Shown: positions 25,709 through 34,586, counted from the stretch's first letter. The stretch is 53,239 nt of DNA from Solirubrobacterales bacterium (GCA_035712505.1 DASTAR010000024.1:1-53239), one strand, 5' to 3'. The notes: a model not told the origin generated them from the sequence alone. Made by a program: numbers and translations.

Positions 25709-26675
25709 AGTCCTGATCGCCGGCATGGCGGCGATGCTGATCTGCATCTTCCTCGGCCCCAAGTTCATCGAGTTCCTCCGCGTCCGGGAGTTCGGCCAGC
25801 ACATCCGCGAGGACGGCCCGCAGGAGCACCACACCAAGGCCGGGACGCCGACGATGGGCGGGCTGATCGTCTTCGCCTCGATCTGCGTGCCGTTCCTCGT
25901 CCTCTCCGACCGCGACGCCCAGAGCCTCGCCGTCTTCGGCGTCGCGATGGGCTGCGCGGCGCTCGGCTTCGCCGACGACTACATCAAGATCGTCAAACGC
26001 CGCTCGCTCGGCCTCGCCGGTCGCTGGAAGCTGCTCGGCCAGCTGATCCTCGCCTTCGGCCTCTGGTGGGTGGCGCGGCACTCGGTCGGCCTGGAACCGA
26101 CGCTCTACTTCCGGATCGGCGAGGGCAGCCTCGACCTCGGCCCGGTCCTCTACTTCGTCCTCGTCTTCCTGGTCATCGCCGGTACCTCCAACGGCGTCAA
26201 CCTGACCGACGGCCTCGACGGCCTCGCCGCCGGGTCCTGCGCGATCGTCCTCCTCGCCTACACGGCGATCGCCTTCGTTGCCAACGAGCAGCAGAACCTG
26301 GCGCTCCTCTCCGCCTGCCTGGTCGGCGCCTGCATCGGCTTCCTCTGGTTCAACGCCTTCCCGGCCTCGATCTTCATGGGCGACACCGGCTCGCTCGGCC
26401 TCGGCGGCGCGATCGGGGCGCTGGCGGTGATGACCCAGACCGAGGTCCTGCTGATCATCATCGGCGGCATCTTCGTGATCGAGGCGCTCTCGGTCCTGCT
26501 CCAGGTCTTCGCCTTCAAGACCTTCCGCCGCCGCGTCCTGCTGATGGCACCCCTGCACCACCATTTCGAGATGATGGCCTGGTCGGAGACGAAGATCATG
26601 CTCCGCTTCTGGATCATCGCGGCGGTCTGCTCGGGGATCGGCTTCACGCTCTACCAGCAGAGCATCGGGCGCTAG
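25701..26675 (+). CDS. mraY: Phospho-N-acetylmuramoyl-pentapeptide transferase MraY
   Basis: KAGTPTMGG, NLTDGLDGLA and PASIFMGDTGSL motifs. 10-TM profile. Confidence 0.95.
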   Translation: MGEVLIAGMAAMLICIFLGPKFIEFLRVREFGQHIREDGPQEHHTKAGTPTMGGLIVFASICVPFLVLSDRDAQSLAVFGVAMGCAALGFADDYIKIVKRRSLGLAGRWKLLGQLILAFGLWWVARHSVGLEPTLYFRIGEGSLDLGPVLYFVLVFLVIAGTSNGVNLTDGLDGLAAGSCAIVLLAYTAIAFVANEQQNLALLSACLVGACIGFLWFNAFPASIFMGDTGSLGLGGAIGALAVMTQTEVLLIIIGGIFVIEALSVLLQVFAFKTFRRRVLLMAPLHHHFEMMAWSETKIMLRFWIIAAVCSGIGFTLYQQSIGR

Positions 26676-26679
26676 GGCC

Positions 26680-27516
26680 ATGCCGGAAGTCGAGCTGAGC
26701 GCCGGCCGGATCGACTATCAGGACACCGGTGGGGACGGGCCGGTCGTGGTGCTGGTCCCGGGGCTGATGATGGACTGGAGGCAGTGGCGCAAGGTGATCG
26801 ACGAGCTGAGGCCGGAGTTCCGCTGCGTCTCGCCTTCGCTGCCGATGGGGGCGCACTTGAAGCCGATGAGGCCCGACGCCGACCTGACCCTGGTCGGGAT
26901 GGGGCGAATCGTCACCGAGTTCCTCGCGGCGGCCGACCTGCGCGACGTCACCCTCTGCTTCAACGACTGGTGCGGAGCCCAGGTGATGATCGCCGACGGC
27001 GGGATGGACCGGGTCGGCAAGCTCGTCCTCGTCTCCTGCGAGACCGCAGGCAACTATCCGCCTGGCCTCGCCGGCTTCGCAGCCTGGCTCTCGGCCAAGC
27101 TGCCCGGCGGCTACCTCGCCGCGCGGGCGCTGCTGCTGCAGCCGCGCCTGCGCCGGCTGCCCTTCGTCTTCGGCCAGATGACCAAGCGCGGCGTCCCCGA
27201 CGAGCTGATGCGCGACTGGATGGAGCCGCTGCGCAGACGCGAGATCCGCCGAGACCTGCGCCGCTACGCCGGCGACGCGATGCGCGGCAGGCACGACCTC
27301 GCCCGGGCCACCGCGGCGCTCCCCTCCTTTGAGAGGCCCGTCCTCGTCGTCTGGGACGAGGAGGGGAAGATGATGCCAAACGAGGCGGGCCGCGCCCTCG
27401 CCGACTCCTTCCCGAACTCCCGCTACGTCGAGCTATCCGACTGCTTCACCCTGATCCCCGAGGACCAGCCCGAGGCGCTGGCCGAGGAGATCAGGGGGTT
27501 CGCTTCGCGAACGTGA
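26680..27516 (+). CDS. Alpha/beta-fold hydrolase
   Basis: N-terminus IDYQDTGGDGPVVVLVPGLMMDWRQW and overall length fit alpha/beta hydrolases. The nucleophile elbow is atypical (CFNDWCG). Located between mraY and murD. Confidence 0.7.
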   Translation: MPEVELSAGRIDYQDTGGDGPVVVLVPGLMMDWRQWRKVIDELRPEFRCVSPSLPMGAHLKPMRPDADLTLVGMGRIVTEFLAAADLRDVTLCFNDWCGAQVMIADGGMDRVGKLVLVSCETAGNYPPGLAGFAAWLSAKLPGGYLAARALLLQPRLRRLPFVFGQMTKRGVPDELMRDWMEPLRRREIRRDLRRYAGDAMRGRHDLARATAALPSFERPVLVVWDEEGKMMPNEAGRALADSFPNSRYVELSDCFTLIPEDQPEALAEEIRGFASRT

Positions 27517-27603
27517 CTAGTGTGTGTTACGCACACCAGATCTAATTCGAATAGTAAGGGTTCGAAACTAAGGATTTCGCATGAGTCGGGAACTTCCAGT
27601 TCC

Positions 27604-27633
27604 TTGACAAAGCCGCCGCACTTCCTTTACTTT
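27604..27633 (+). promoter_or_regulatory. Candidate strong promoter TTGACA-N18-TACTTT
   Basis: Perfect -35 ttgaca (27604-27609), an 18-nt spacer, then tacttt (27628-27633). In an AT-rich spacer of a very GC-rich genome. Confidence 0.5.
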
Positions 27634-27639
27634 CGGCTG

Positions 27640-27907
27640 GGCGGAGGAAGCTGGCGCGGCAACGGCAGCAGGCGGGCCTCCGAAGCCCTGGATACCCGAC
27701 TGACGAACGCATCGTGAGCTCTAGTGGTCGCCGGGATACCCCAAGGACCTACCCAAGAAGCGATGCTTCTACTTAGAAAAACCTGTGTAATTAAAAGGAG
27801 CCCTACGAAAGCGTTGAAAGCCAGGCTTGCGCGACCCCCAGTGTGGCCTGATTAGGCAGCGCTGACCAGAGCCTGCTCTGCGTCAGCGTGGTGATGCCCG
27901 GGCTTTT
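27640..27907 (+). ncRNA. Candidate ~270-nt structured RNA or long leader (family not recognised)
   Basis: Bounded by the promoter above and by a compound terminator: hairpin cgctgaccagag/ctctgcgtcagcg (27860-27888), then gcccgggc+tttt (27896-27907). Internal hairpins include gaagc-gat-gcttc (27757-27769). No convincing ORF. Confidence 0.35.
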
Positions 27908-27928
27908 GAATGCCACGAGCGAGACGTC

Positions 27929-28489
27929 ATGAGCGGTTCCGAGTCGAGAAAAGGCAAGTCGGGTCCGGGTGCAGAGAAGTTTCCGCGGCCGGTCCCGGCT
28001 GCCGCATCCCCGGTCTCCCACCCGGAGGTGCCACCGCAGTGGGTGAATCCGGTCAATCCGATCGACCTCGACACCCCCGAGTCGATCTCGAGGTTCGTCG
28101 CCACCGAGGAAGCCCTCGAACGTCAGGCCAGGCGCGAAGCACGCGAAGAGCACGCCGATGCACGCACCGAGGTGGTACGAGCGGAAGGGGAGTTGATCCA
28201 GGCGCGGGCGAACAGCCTCAACCGATCGGCCGAGAAGCGAGGCGCTGAAGCGGACCTGCTTCGGTTCGAGCGGGTCGAACGGATCTTCCTGATGGTCGTG
28301 AATGCGATCTTCGCGATCCTCTTGGTTACCGGCGTGTTGGTCGGCGCCGAGTTCTTGGGAAGGGTCGTTGCGGCTGCAGCTGCATTCAACGGGTTGATGG
28401 GAGCCCTGCGCCTGATCCGGACGTATCGCTCCGATCGCGGTGGCGACTCGCCGCTTAAGGCCACCGGCGGGCAAGTTCCGCCTCCGTAG
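27929..28489 (+). CDS. Hypothetical membrane protein: disordered N-terminus, coiled coil, two C-terminal TM helices
   Basis: EEALERQARREAREEHADARTEVVRAEGELIQARANSL coiled segment, then IFLMVVNAIFAILLVTGVLVGA and VVAAAAAFNGLMGAL. No family recognised. Confidence 0.5.
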   Translation: MSGSESRKGKSGPGAEKFPRPVPAAASPVSHPEVPPQWVNPVNPIDLDTPESISRFVATEEALERQARREAREEHADARTEVVRAEGELIQARANSLNRSAEKRGAEADLLRFERVERIFLMVVNAIFAILLVTGVLVGAEFLGRVVAAAAAFNGLMGALRLIRTYRSDRGGDSPLKATGGQVPPP

Positions 28490-28505
28490 CCGCGAAGCTG
28501 TCGGG

Positions 28506-29879
28506 GTGCCCTCGATCGTCTTTGGCGAGAAGACGCGTCCCCCTCTGCCGCGGGGGCCGTTCCTCGTGGTGGGGCTTGCCCGCTCGGGGCAGGCGGCCGC
28601 CCGGATGCTGGCGGCGCGGGGGGAGGCGGTGCGGGCTGTCGATTCCGGGCATCCTGAGGGGGCGGCAGGGCTCGAGGGGGTCGGCGTCGAAGTCTTTCTG
28701 GATACGGATGGAGTGGCACTGCTCGAGGGGACGCGGACCGTCGTCAAGAGCCCGGGAGTTCCCCGGGAGGCCCCGGTGATCGCGGCTGCGCTGGAGCGGG
28801 AAATCGAGGTGATGGGGGAGCTCGAGCTCGCCTGGCGGGCGCTGCCGAACCGCTTCGTCGCCGTCACCGGCACCAACGGCAAGACGACCACGGTCGAGCT
28901 GCTCGGTCACCTCTACCGCACCGCGGGTGAGCCGGTGGCGGTGGCCGGAAACGTCGGCACCGCCCTCTCCGAGCTGGTCGGCGAGGCGCCGGTCGAGGAG
29001 ACGGTCGTCTGCGAGTGCTCGAGCTTCCAGCTCGAGGACACGGTCGCCTTCGCGCCGGAGTGCGCGGTCTTCCTCAACCTCGCGCCCGACCACCTCGACC
29101 GCCACCGCGACCTCGAGTCCTACCTGGCCGCGAAGCTGCGGATCTTCGCCAACCAGGGCAACGGCGACCTCGCCGTCTACAACGCCGACGACCCCTTCCT
29201 CGCCGACGTCGACCTCGGTGGCTGCGCCCGCCGGATCGCCTTCTGCCGCGGCGCCGCCCCCGACTGCGAGGTCGCCGTCGCCGAGGGGGCGATCTTCTAC
29301 GACGGCGAGCCTTTGATCGCCGTCGACGAGCTCGGCCTCTTCGGCGAGCACAACGTCGCCAATGCGATGGCGGCCGCGGCGGCGGCGCTGGCGATGGGGA
29401 TCGACCGCGAAGACGTGCGCGACGGGCTGCGCAGCTTCGCCGGGGTCCCGCATCGCCTCGAGCAGGTCGCCGAGATCGGCGGCATACGCTTCGTAAACGA
29501 CTCGAAGGCCACCAACGTCGCCTCGGCGACCGTCGGGATCCGCGCCTTCGCGGGCGGGGTCCACGCGATCCTCGGCGGCAGCGAGAAGGACGAGCCCTTC
29601 ACGCCGCTGATCGACCCGGTCCGCGAACGGGTCCGCGCCTGCTACCTGGTCGGCGCCACCGCCGAGCGGATGGCGCGCGAGCTGGCGCCGGTGCTCGAGG
29701 CGGGGGTCGAGCTGCACCGCTGCGAGGACCTGGAGGAAGCGGTGCGCCGGGCGGCTGCCGCCGCCGGACCGGGCGAGATCGTCCTGCTCTCGCCGGCCTG
29801 CGCCAGCTTCGACGCCTTCGCCGACTTCGAGCAGCGCGGCGACCGCTTCCGCGAGCTCGTCGGGGAGCTGGAGCGGTGA
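28506..29879 (+). CDS. murD: UDP-N-acetylmuramoylalanine--D-glutamate ligase MurD
   Basis: N-terminal Rossmann VVGLARSGQAAARML. P-loop VTGTNGKTTTVELL. Start uncertain (GTG 28506 or ATG 28440). Confidence 0.9.
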   Translation: MPSIVFGEKTRPPLPRGPFLVVGLARSGQAAARMLAARGEAVRAVDSGHPEGAAGLEGVGVEVFLDTDGVALLEGTRTVVKSPGVPREAPVIAAALEREIEVMGELELAWRALPNRFVAVTGTNGKTTTVELLGHLYRTAGEPVAVAGNVGTALSELVGEAPVEETVVCECSSFQLEDTVAFAPECAVFLNLAPDHLDRHRDLESYLAAKLRIFANQGNGDLAVYNADDPFLADVDLGGCARRIAFCRGAAPDCEVAVAEGAIFYDGEPLIAVDELGLFGEHNVANAMAAAAAALAMGIDREDVRDGLRSFAGVPHRLEQVAEIGGIRFVNDSKATNVASATVGIRAFAGGVHAILGGSEKDEPFTPLIDPVRERVRACYLVGATAERMARELAPVLEAGVELHRCEDLEEAVRRAAAAAGPGEIVLLSPACASFDAFADFEQRGDRFRELVGELER

Positions 29880-31231
29880 GCGCGAAACCGGCTTCGCTCC
29901 GCCGCGGCAAAGCGGTGCGGAAGAGGAAGGCAGCGAAGAAGCGCCCGCGCGCCCGCGTCTCACCCGAGTACAACATGCTGCTGACGGCGACCCTCTGCCT
30001 GCTGGCGCTCGGCGTGGTGATGGTCTTCTCCGCCAGCTCGACGACGAAAGTGCTGCAGGAAGGCGGCCTCTCTAGCAGCGCCTACTACCTGAAGCGCACG
30101 CTGATCTTCGGCGCGGTTGCGCTGGTGATCATGCGGGTCGCCTCGCACGTCGGGCTGCAGAAGGTCCGCAGCCTGACGCCGGTCCTGCTCGGCGGCTCGA
30201 TCTTCCTCCTCGTCGCCGTCCTCGGCGCCGGCAGCGAAGTCAACGGCGCCACCCGCTGGATCGGCGGCGGCTCGCTGCAGATCCAGCCCTCCGAGCTCGC
30301 CAAGGTGGCGCTGATCCTCTACGGCGCCGACCTGCTGGCGCGCAAGCCGAAGCGGGCCCGCTCGCTGGAAGGGATCATGCCCTTCCTCCTCGTCACCGCC
30401 GCCTCGTGCCTGCTGATCATGCTCGAGCCCGACATGGGGACGACGATGGTGATCGTCTTCGCCGTCGCCGCGACGCTGATCGCCTCCGGCGCCAGGGCGG
30501 CCGACCTCGGCAAGATCGCCCTGGTGATCGGCGGCCTGATGCTGCTGATGGCGGTCGTCGAGCCCTACCGGATGGCCCGCCTCACCTCCTTCCTCAACCC
30601 CAGCGCCTCGGCCGAAGGCGCCGGCTTCCAGGCCGCCCAGGCGAAGATCGCCCTCGGCTCCGGCGGCTTCTTCGGCGTCGGCATCGGCAACGGCGTCTCC
30701 AAGGCCTTCTATCTGCCCGAGGCCCACACCGACATGATCACCGCGGTGATCGGCGAAGAGCTGGGAATGGCCGGGATCACCGCGCTGGTCGGCCTCTTCG
30801 GGATCTTCGGCTACGCGGGCCTCAAAACCGCCCAGAAGGCGAAGGACAACTACTCGAAGCTGCTGGTCGCCGGGCTGACCTCGTTGGTCCTGGTGCAGGC
30901 GACGATCAACCTCTTCGCAGTGATGGGGCTGGCGCCGCTGACGGGGGTGCCGCTGCCCTTCGTCTCCTACGGCAACAGCTCGCTGATGGCGACCCTGTTC
31001 GCCGTCGGCCTGATCCTCAACGTCGCCCGTGGCGGCTCGGCGAAGGCAGCGCGCAATTCGACGCCGACCGGCGCTGGCAAACTGCGCGTCGTCCAGGGCG
31101 GGCGTTCGCCCGCAAGGAGTCAAAGGAGTGGAACCAGCGGTGCCAGGAAAGCCAAAGGTGGTCGTAGCAGCGGGGGGAACGGCGGGGCACGTCGTACCCG
31201 CCATGGCGGTCGCCGACGAGCTTCGGGCTAG
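29876..31231 (+). CDS. ftsW: Peptidoglycan glycosyltransferase FtsW (SEDS family)
   Basis: SEDS motifs (GATRWIGGGSLQIQPSELAK, PEAHTDMI, PLPFVSYGNSS). Basic N- and C-terminal tails. GTG start overlaps the murD stop. Confidence 0.9.
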   Translation: MSAKPASLRRGKAVRKRKAAKKRPRARVSPEYNMLLTATLCLLALGVVMVFSASSTTKVLQEGGLSSSAYYLKRTLIFGAVALVIMRVASHVGLQKVRSLTPVLLGGSIFLLVAVLGAGSEVNGATRWIGGGSLQIQPSELAKVALILYGADLLARKPKRARSLEGIMPFLLVTAASCLLIMLEPDMGTTMVIVFAVAATLIASGARAADLGKIALVIGGLMLLMAVVEPYRMARLTSFLNPSASAEGAGFQAAQAKIALGSGGFFGVGIGNGVSKAFYLPEAHTDMITAVIGEELGMAGITALVGLFGIFGYAGLKTAQKAKDNYSKLLVAGLTSLVLVQATINLFAVMGLAPLTGVPLPFVSYGNSSLMATLFAVGLILNVARGGSAKAARNSTPTGAGKLRVVQGGRSPARSQRSGTSGARKAKGGRSSGGNGGARRTRHGGRRRASG

Positions 31232-32264
31232 TGGGGCCGAGGTCAGCTTCCTCGGCACCCGCGACCGGATGGAGGCGGAGCTGGTGCCGGCCGCCGGCTA
31301 CGAGATCGACTTCGTCAAGGTGCGCGGGATCGACCGGCGCAACCCGCTGAAGGCGGCGCGCGCCGGGGCCGAGGCGGTCGCGGCGGTCGCGGCTGCGCGC
31401 AAGGTGCTGCGGCGACGCAGCGCCGACGTGGTGATGGGCGGCGGCGGCTTCGTCGCCGGTCCGGCGGGCCTGGCGGCGGCGCTGACGCGGACGCCGCTGG
31501 TCCTGACCGAGGCCGACAGCCACCTCGGCTTGGCGAACCGCTTGCTGGCGGGAAGGGCGCGGCGGGTCTGCCTGGCGTTCCCGATCGCGGGACGGGAGGG
31601 CGAGCCGTACCTGGTCACCGGGCGCCCGGTCCCGAAGGCCGTGCTGGAGGGCGATCGGGCCAAGGCGCGCGAGCGCTTCGGCATCGCCGCCGACGCCCGC
31701 TGTCTCCTCGTCTTCGGCGGCAGCCAGGGCGCCCGCACGGTCAACTTCGCCGCGCTCGAGGCCTTTGCCGAGAATGTGAACGAAGTCGTCCCCGGCATGC
31801 GGGGAGATGTCGGTTCACGCAATTTCCACGTCCTCCATATCGCCGGCAAGCGCGACTACCCCGAGATCGCGAAGCGGCTCGTGGTCGCGCCCGGCAACGA
31901 GCGCTACACGCTGCTCGAGTACGAGCCGAACCTCGGCGGCGCCCTCGCCGCCGCCGACCTCGTCCTCGCCCGCTCGGGTGGGTCTATCTTCGAGCTGGTC
32001 GCCGCCGGCCGCCCGGCGATCCTCGTCCCTTTCCCGTTCGCCACGGCCGATCACCAGAGCGCGAACGCCGAGTGGATGCGGAGCGGCGGCGCCGCGACCG
32101 TGGTCGTGGACGCCGAGCTGACGCCCGAGCGCCTGCGCACGGAGGTGGAGGCGGTGCTGGGTGACGAGGAGCGCCTGACCGAGATGGCCGCCGCCGCGCG
32201 GAAGCTCGCCAGGCCCGACGCCGCCCGCCGCATCGCCGACGAGGTCCTGAGGGCGGCCGCATGA
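31128..32264 (+). CDS. murG: UDP-GlcNAc--lipid I transferase MurG
   Basis: VVVAAGGTAGHVVPAMAVADEL N-terminal G-loop. C-terminal HQSANA-type motif (ATADHQSANAEWM). AAGGAG at 31114-31119 precedes GTG 31128. Confidence 0.9.
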   Translation: MEPAVPGKPKVVVAAGGTAGHVVPAMAVADELRASGAEVSFLGTRDRMEAELVPAAGYEIDFVKVRGIDRRNPLKAARAGAEAVAAVAAARKVLRRRSADVVMGGGGFVAGPAGLAAALTRTPLVLTEADSHLGLANRLLAGRARRVCLAFPIAGREGEPYLVTGRPVPKAVLEGDRAKARERFGIAADARCLLVFGGSQGARTVNFAALEAFAENVNEVVPGMRGDVGSRNFHVLHIAGKRDYPEIAKRLVVAPGNERYTLLEYEPNLGGALAAADLVLARSGGSIFELVAAGRPAILVPFPFATADHQSANAEWMRSGGAATVVVDAELTPERLRTEVEAVLGDEERLTEMAAAARKLARPDAARRIADEVLRAAA

Positions 32265-32275
32265 CGGACGGACTC

Positions 32276-32324
32276 CGCGAGACCGCAAAAAACCCGAATA
32301 TGTCCGGTCCCCTGCGGTTTCGCG
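32276..32324 (+). other. Intercistronic hairpin with A-rich 25-nt loop (Family B-like architecture)
   Basis: cgcgagaccgca (32276-32287) pairs with tgcggtttcgcg (32313-32324), 12 bp with one G-U pair. The loop is aaaaacccgaatatgtccggtcccc. It ends just before the murC ribosome-binding region. Confidence 0.6.
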
Positions 32325-32337
32325 AAGGGAGATCCGC

Positions 32338-33675
32338 ATGAGCGACTGGTCCGGACGGCGGCTGCATTTCATCGGCATCGGCGGGGCGGGGATGAGCGGG
32401 CTCGCTCTGGTCTGCGCCCGGCTCGGTGCCACGGTGACCGGCAGCGACCGCAGCGACTCCTCTTATCTGGAGCGTTTGCGCGAGGCGGGGCTGGAGCCGG
32501 TCGTCGGGCACGACTCCGCCAACCTGCCGGAAGGGGCGGAGGTGGTCGTCTCCACTGCGATCGGCGCGGATAACCCGGAGCTCGTGCTGGCCCGCGAGCG
32601 CGGGGTGGAGCCGATCCACCGCGGCGCCCTGCTGGCCGAGCTCTGCGCCGAGAAGCGTCTGATCGCGATCGCCGGCACCCACGGCAAGACGACCACGACC
32701 GCGATGACCGTCTGGGGGCTGCGGGCGACTGGCGCCGATCCCGCCTTCTTCGTCGGCGGCGAGGTGGCGGGGCTCGGTCCCGACGGGGGCACTTCCAACG
32801 CCGGCTGGGGCGAAGGCGAGTGGGTGGTCGCCGAGGCCGACGAGAGCGACGCCAGCTTCCTGCGGCTGCGGCCGGAGGTCGCCGTCGTCACCAACGTCGA
32901 GATGGACCACCACACCCGCTGGGGATCCTTGGCCGAGCTGCACGAGGCTTTCCGCAGCTTCGTCGGCCCCGCCCGCGGCCTGGTCGTCCCGGCCGACGAG
33001 GAGATGGGCTGGCTGGGTAAGCGCAGCGAGGCGGTTCGCTTCGACGCGACCGCGCCCGGCCCCCTGGACCTGCGGCTGGCAGTCCCGGGCCAGCACAACC
33101 TCCGCAACGCCCGTGCCGCCCTCGGCGCGATCGAGCTCGCCGGGCTCGACGTCGCTGCCGCGGCTGCGGCGCTCGCCGGCTTCGCCGGCGTTCACCGCCG
33201 CCTGCAGCTGAAGGGCTTCCGCGGCGGAGTCCGTATCTATGACGACTACGCCCACCACCCGACCGAGGTGCGGGCGGCGCTCTCCGCCCTGCGGGAACTC
33301 GATCCGAGCTACCTGATCGCCGTCTTCCAGCCGCACCTCTACTCGCGGACGAGGGCGCTGGCGACCGAGTTCGGGGCCGCGCTTGCGCTCGCCGACGAGG
33401 TCGTCGTCCTCGACGTCTACCCCGCCCGCGAGGAGCCAGTTGGCGAGCTCGCCGGGGTCAGCGGCCTGCAGGTCGCTCAGGCTGTGGCCGAGAAGATCGG
33501 GGGAAAACCCGTCTGGTGGCTGCCGGAGGAGGAGACGGCCCAGCGCGCTCTGGGCGAGTGTCTCGGTCGAGCACCGGAGGGCACTGCGCTGGTGACGATC
33601 GGAGCGGGGGACGTCTTCAAGCTCGGCGAGGCGCTGGTCACCGAGCCCGTCGCAGCCAGTGAGGCGCCCGGATGA
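32338..33675 (+). CDS. murC: UDP-N-acetylmuramate--L-alanine ligase MurC
   Basis: HFIGIGGAGMSGLA N-terminus and P-loop IAGTHGKTTTTAM. Confidence 0.95.
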   Translation: MSDWSGRRLHFIGIGGAGMSGLALVCARLGATVTGSDRSDSSYLERLREAGLEPVVGHDSANLPEGAEVVVSTAIGADNPELVLARERGVEPIHRGALLAELCAEKRLIAIAGTHGKTTTTAMTVWGLRATGADPAFFVGGEVAGLGPDGGTSNAGWGEGEWVVAEADESDASFLRLRPEVAVVTNVEMDHHTRWGSLAELHEAFRSFVGPARGLVVPADEEMGWLGKRSEAVRFDATAPGPLDLRLAVPGQHNLRNARAALGAIELAGLDVAAAAAALAGFAGVHRRLQLKGFRGGVRIYDDYAHHPTEVRAALSALRELDPSYLIAVFQPHLYSRTRALATEFGAALALADEVVVLDVYPAREEPVGELAGVSGLQVAQAVAEKIGGKPVWWLPEEETAQRALGECLGRAPEGTALVTIGAGDVFKLGEALVTEPVAASEAPG

Positions 33676-34586
33676 GCGCGCCGCCCGAGGGGGTGCAGCG
33701 GGACTTTCCGCTGGCGCGGCTGACGACCGTCCGTACCGGCGGCTCGGCCGACTGGTTCGTGCGGCCCGCCGACGAGGAGGCCCTGGCGGCAGCGCTCCGC
33801 TGGGCGGATTCCGAAGGGCTGCCGGTGGACGTGGTCGGCTCCGGCTCCAACCTCCTCGTCGCCGACGCCGGCTTCCACGGCCTCGCGATCAAGCTGGACG
33901 GAGATCTGGCGGAGATCGAGCGCGACGGCGAGCGGGTCGTCTGCGGCGGCGGCTACCGCTTCCCCTCGGCCGCGGCGAAAACCGCCGGTTGGGGCCTCTC
34001 CGGGCTCGAGTTCGGGGTGAACATCCCGGGTACCGCCGGGGGTGCGGTGCGGATGAACGCCAACGCCTACGGCGGGCAGCTGGCGCGGGTGCTCGAATGG
34101 GTCGATATCTGCACGGTGGCCGGGACCGATCGTCGCGGTCCGGACCAGCTCGGCTTCGAGTACCGGCGCTCCAACCTGAAGCCGGGGGAGATCGTCGCGC
34201 GCGCTTCGTTCCACCTCCAGCCCGGCGATCCCGAGGAGATCAAGGCCACCCTCGCCGAGATGCGCGATCGCCGCCGCCTGGCCCAGCCTTCGGGGATCAA
34301 GACGTTCGGTTCGACCTTCAAGAACCCGGACGACGAGGGAGCGATGGGGCGGTCGTCGGGACAGCTGCTGGAGGCGGCCGGCTGCCTGGGGCTCCGCCAC
34401 GGGGGAGTTCGCTTCTCCCGGAAGCACGCCAACTTCGTGGAGAACGACCGCGGCGGGACGACGGCCGACGTACTCGAGCTGATGGCGGAGGGGCGGCGGC
34501 GCGTGCACGAGCGCTTCGGGGTCGTCCTGGAGCCCGAGGTACAGATCCTGGGGGAGGTCGAGTGGCCGCGCGGCTGGGATCTGTAA
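33672..34586 (+). CDS. murB: UDP-N-acetylenolpyruvoylglucosamine reductase MurB
   Basis: FAD-binding PCMH-type N-terminal domain (TTVRTGGSADWF, VVGSGSNLLV). C-terminal MurB motifs (GSTFKNP, GGVRFSRKHANF). Confidence 0.9.
   Translation: MSAPPEGVQRDFPLARLTTVRTGGSADWFVRPADEEALAAALRWADSEGLPVDVVGSGSNLLVADAGFHGLAIKLDGDLAEIERDGERVVCGGGYRFPSAAAKTAGWGLSGLEFGVNIPGTAGGAVRMNANAYGGQLARVLEWVDICTVAGTDRRGPDQLGFEYRRSNLKPGEIVARASFHLQPGDPEEIKATLAEMRDRRRLAQPSGIKTFGSTFKNPDDEGAMGRSSGQLLEAAGCLGLRHGGVRFSRKHANFVENDRGGTTADVLELMAEGRRRVHERFGVVLEPEVQILGEVEWPRGWDL

Noticed and set aside
27541-27585. tRNA-like fragment (gggttcgaaac resembling a T-loop) or a dif-like site (ttcgaa...ttcgaa).
   Set aside because: The flanking bases do not form T-stem pairing; taagg occurs as a direct repeat, not an inverted one. 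No acceptor or anticodon arms. The arms do not match XerC/XerD dif half-site consensus.
27520-27717. 65-codon ORF in the AT-rich dcw spacer.
   Set aside because: It spans the predicted promoter, has no ribosome-binding site, and its composition is implausible (MCVTHTRSNSNSKGSKLRISHESG...). The region is better explained as non-coding.
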